NCBI GenBank assembly: GCA_003135555.1
Contig: PLCF01000098.1
Span: 11,121 to 27,080 of the forward strand
Length of the DNA stretch: 15,960 nt
Source of the DNA: Vulcanimicrobiota bacterium
GTDB taxonomy: Bacteria > Vulcanimicrobiota > Vulcanimicrobiia > Vulcanimicrobiales > Vulcanimicrobiaceae
Reading direction: 5' to 3'
Shown here: in pieces, positions 15,525 through 15,960 of the stretch
Position numbering within the stretch: position 1 is the stretch's first letter
How the letters are laid out: every line of letters starts with the position of its first letter
Made by a program: the position numbers and the translations under genes
Notes under the pieces: model-generated
What the model was told of the DNA's origin: nothing
Database searches by the model: none
What the model saw: only the letters and a program-made list of their open reading frames with translations

Positions 15525-15959
15525 CTACGGAGCGTATGAGATCGCCGCGATCCGCGCACTACCCGCAATGGGGTAGTGACGTGTAAGAGGGTCTCCTCCT
15601 GGGCGTCGCGCAAGCTTGCGCCGCTCGTCGATCAGGCCGGAATTGACCGCAAAGCCGACGGCGCGGCGGCGCCCGCTGCAGCCCAGCTTTCGGCAGATCG
15701 TGCGAACGTGCACGTCGATCGTCTGCGAGCTGCGACCGAGCTCTGCTCCGATCTCTTTACTCGTCTCCCCGGCGGCGACGCGCCCGAGAATCGCCTTCTC
15801 AAGTTCGCTCAGCAAGGCCACGCGCGCTTGCGGCGAGGTTGGCAGCGACAGGGCTTCGATGAAGCGCGCGATGCCGCCGAACTCGACGCGCTGCAGCTTT
15901 TCGAGCGCGTCGGGCAGCGAGAACGGCTCGTCCGAGCCGCCGCTCCAGCGAGCGTAGAG
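15525..15959 (-). CDS. C-terminal part of a LuxR/NarL-type HTH transcriptional regulator (starts beyond the window)
   Basis: Frame open from the window edge: LYARWSGG...FGGIARFIEAL...LSELEKAILGRVAAGETSKEIGAELGRSSQTIDVHVRTICRKLGCSGR, a GerE/LuxR HTH signature. Confidence 0.88.
   Translation of the reverse strand, partial: LYARWSGGSDEPFSLPDALEKLQRVEFGGIARFIEALSLPTSPQARVALLSELEKAILGRVAAGETSKEIGAELGRSSQTIDVHVRTICRKLGCSGRRRAVGFAVNSGLIDERRKLARRPGGDPLTRHYPIAGSARIAAISYAP
15557..15578. promoter_or_regulatory. Palindromic operator (NarL/LuxR-like 7-2-7) upstream of the HD-GYP gene
   Basis: CACTACCC-gcaatg-GGGTAGTG is a perfect 8-bp inverted repeat; a TAnnnT -10 candidate (TACGCT, minus strand 15531-15536) lies 20 nt downstream. 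Confidence 0.5.
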
Positions 15960-15960
15960 T

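Overview
GC-rich bacterial chromosomal window, mostly minus-strand genes. The gene mix resembles soil Eremiobacterota/Actinomycetota-type genomes; that is inference only. Left to right: partial APC permease and acetamidase/formamidase operon; a lower-GC secreted FecR-like/TPR gene; a SAM methyltransferase; DUF5069-like gene; three tiny ORFs (one frameshifted); a four-gene translationally coupled operon (NDT/DRHyd-like hydrolase fused to a MAP3K TRAFs-binding TPR domain, degenerate-SLOG plus two SLATT-like membrane units, patatin, stand-alone SLOG) that looks like a nucleotide second-messenger defence system; a membrane protein; a secreted His/Met-tailed protein with a 22-aa upstream peptide; an SDR; and a LuxR-HTH / HD-GYP / S53 lipoprotein-peptidase cluster. 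The most unusual non-genic signal is an interleaved repeat architecture that occurs twice: A-X-B'A'-Y-B and C-X-D'C'-Y-D. In A' and D' the copies are diverged remnants of neighbouring genes with mostly synonymous differences, suggesting that two alleles of a variable slot were stacked in tandem. No integrase, tRNA, rRNA or CRISPR array was seen.
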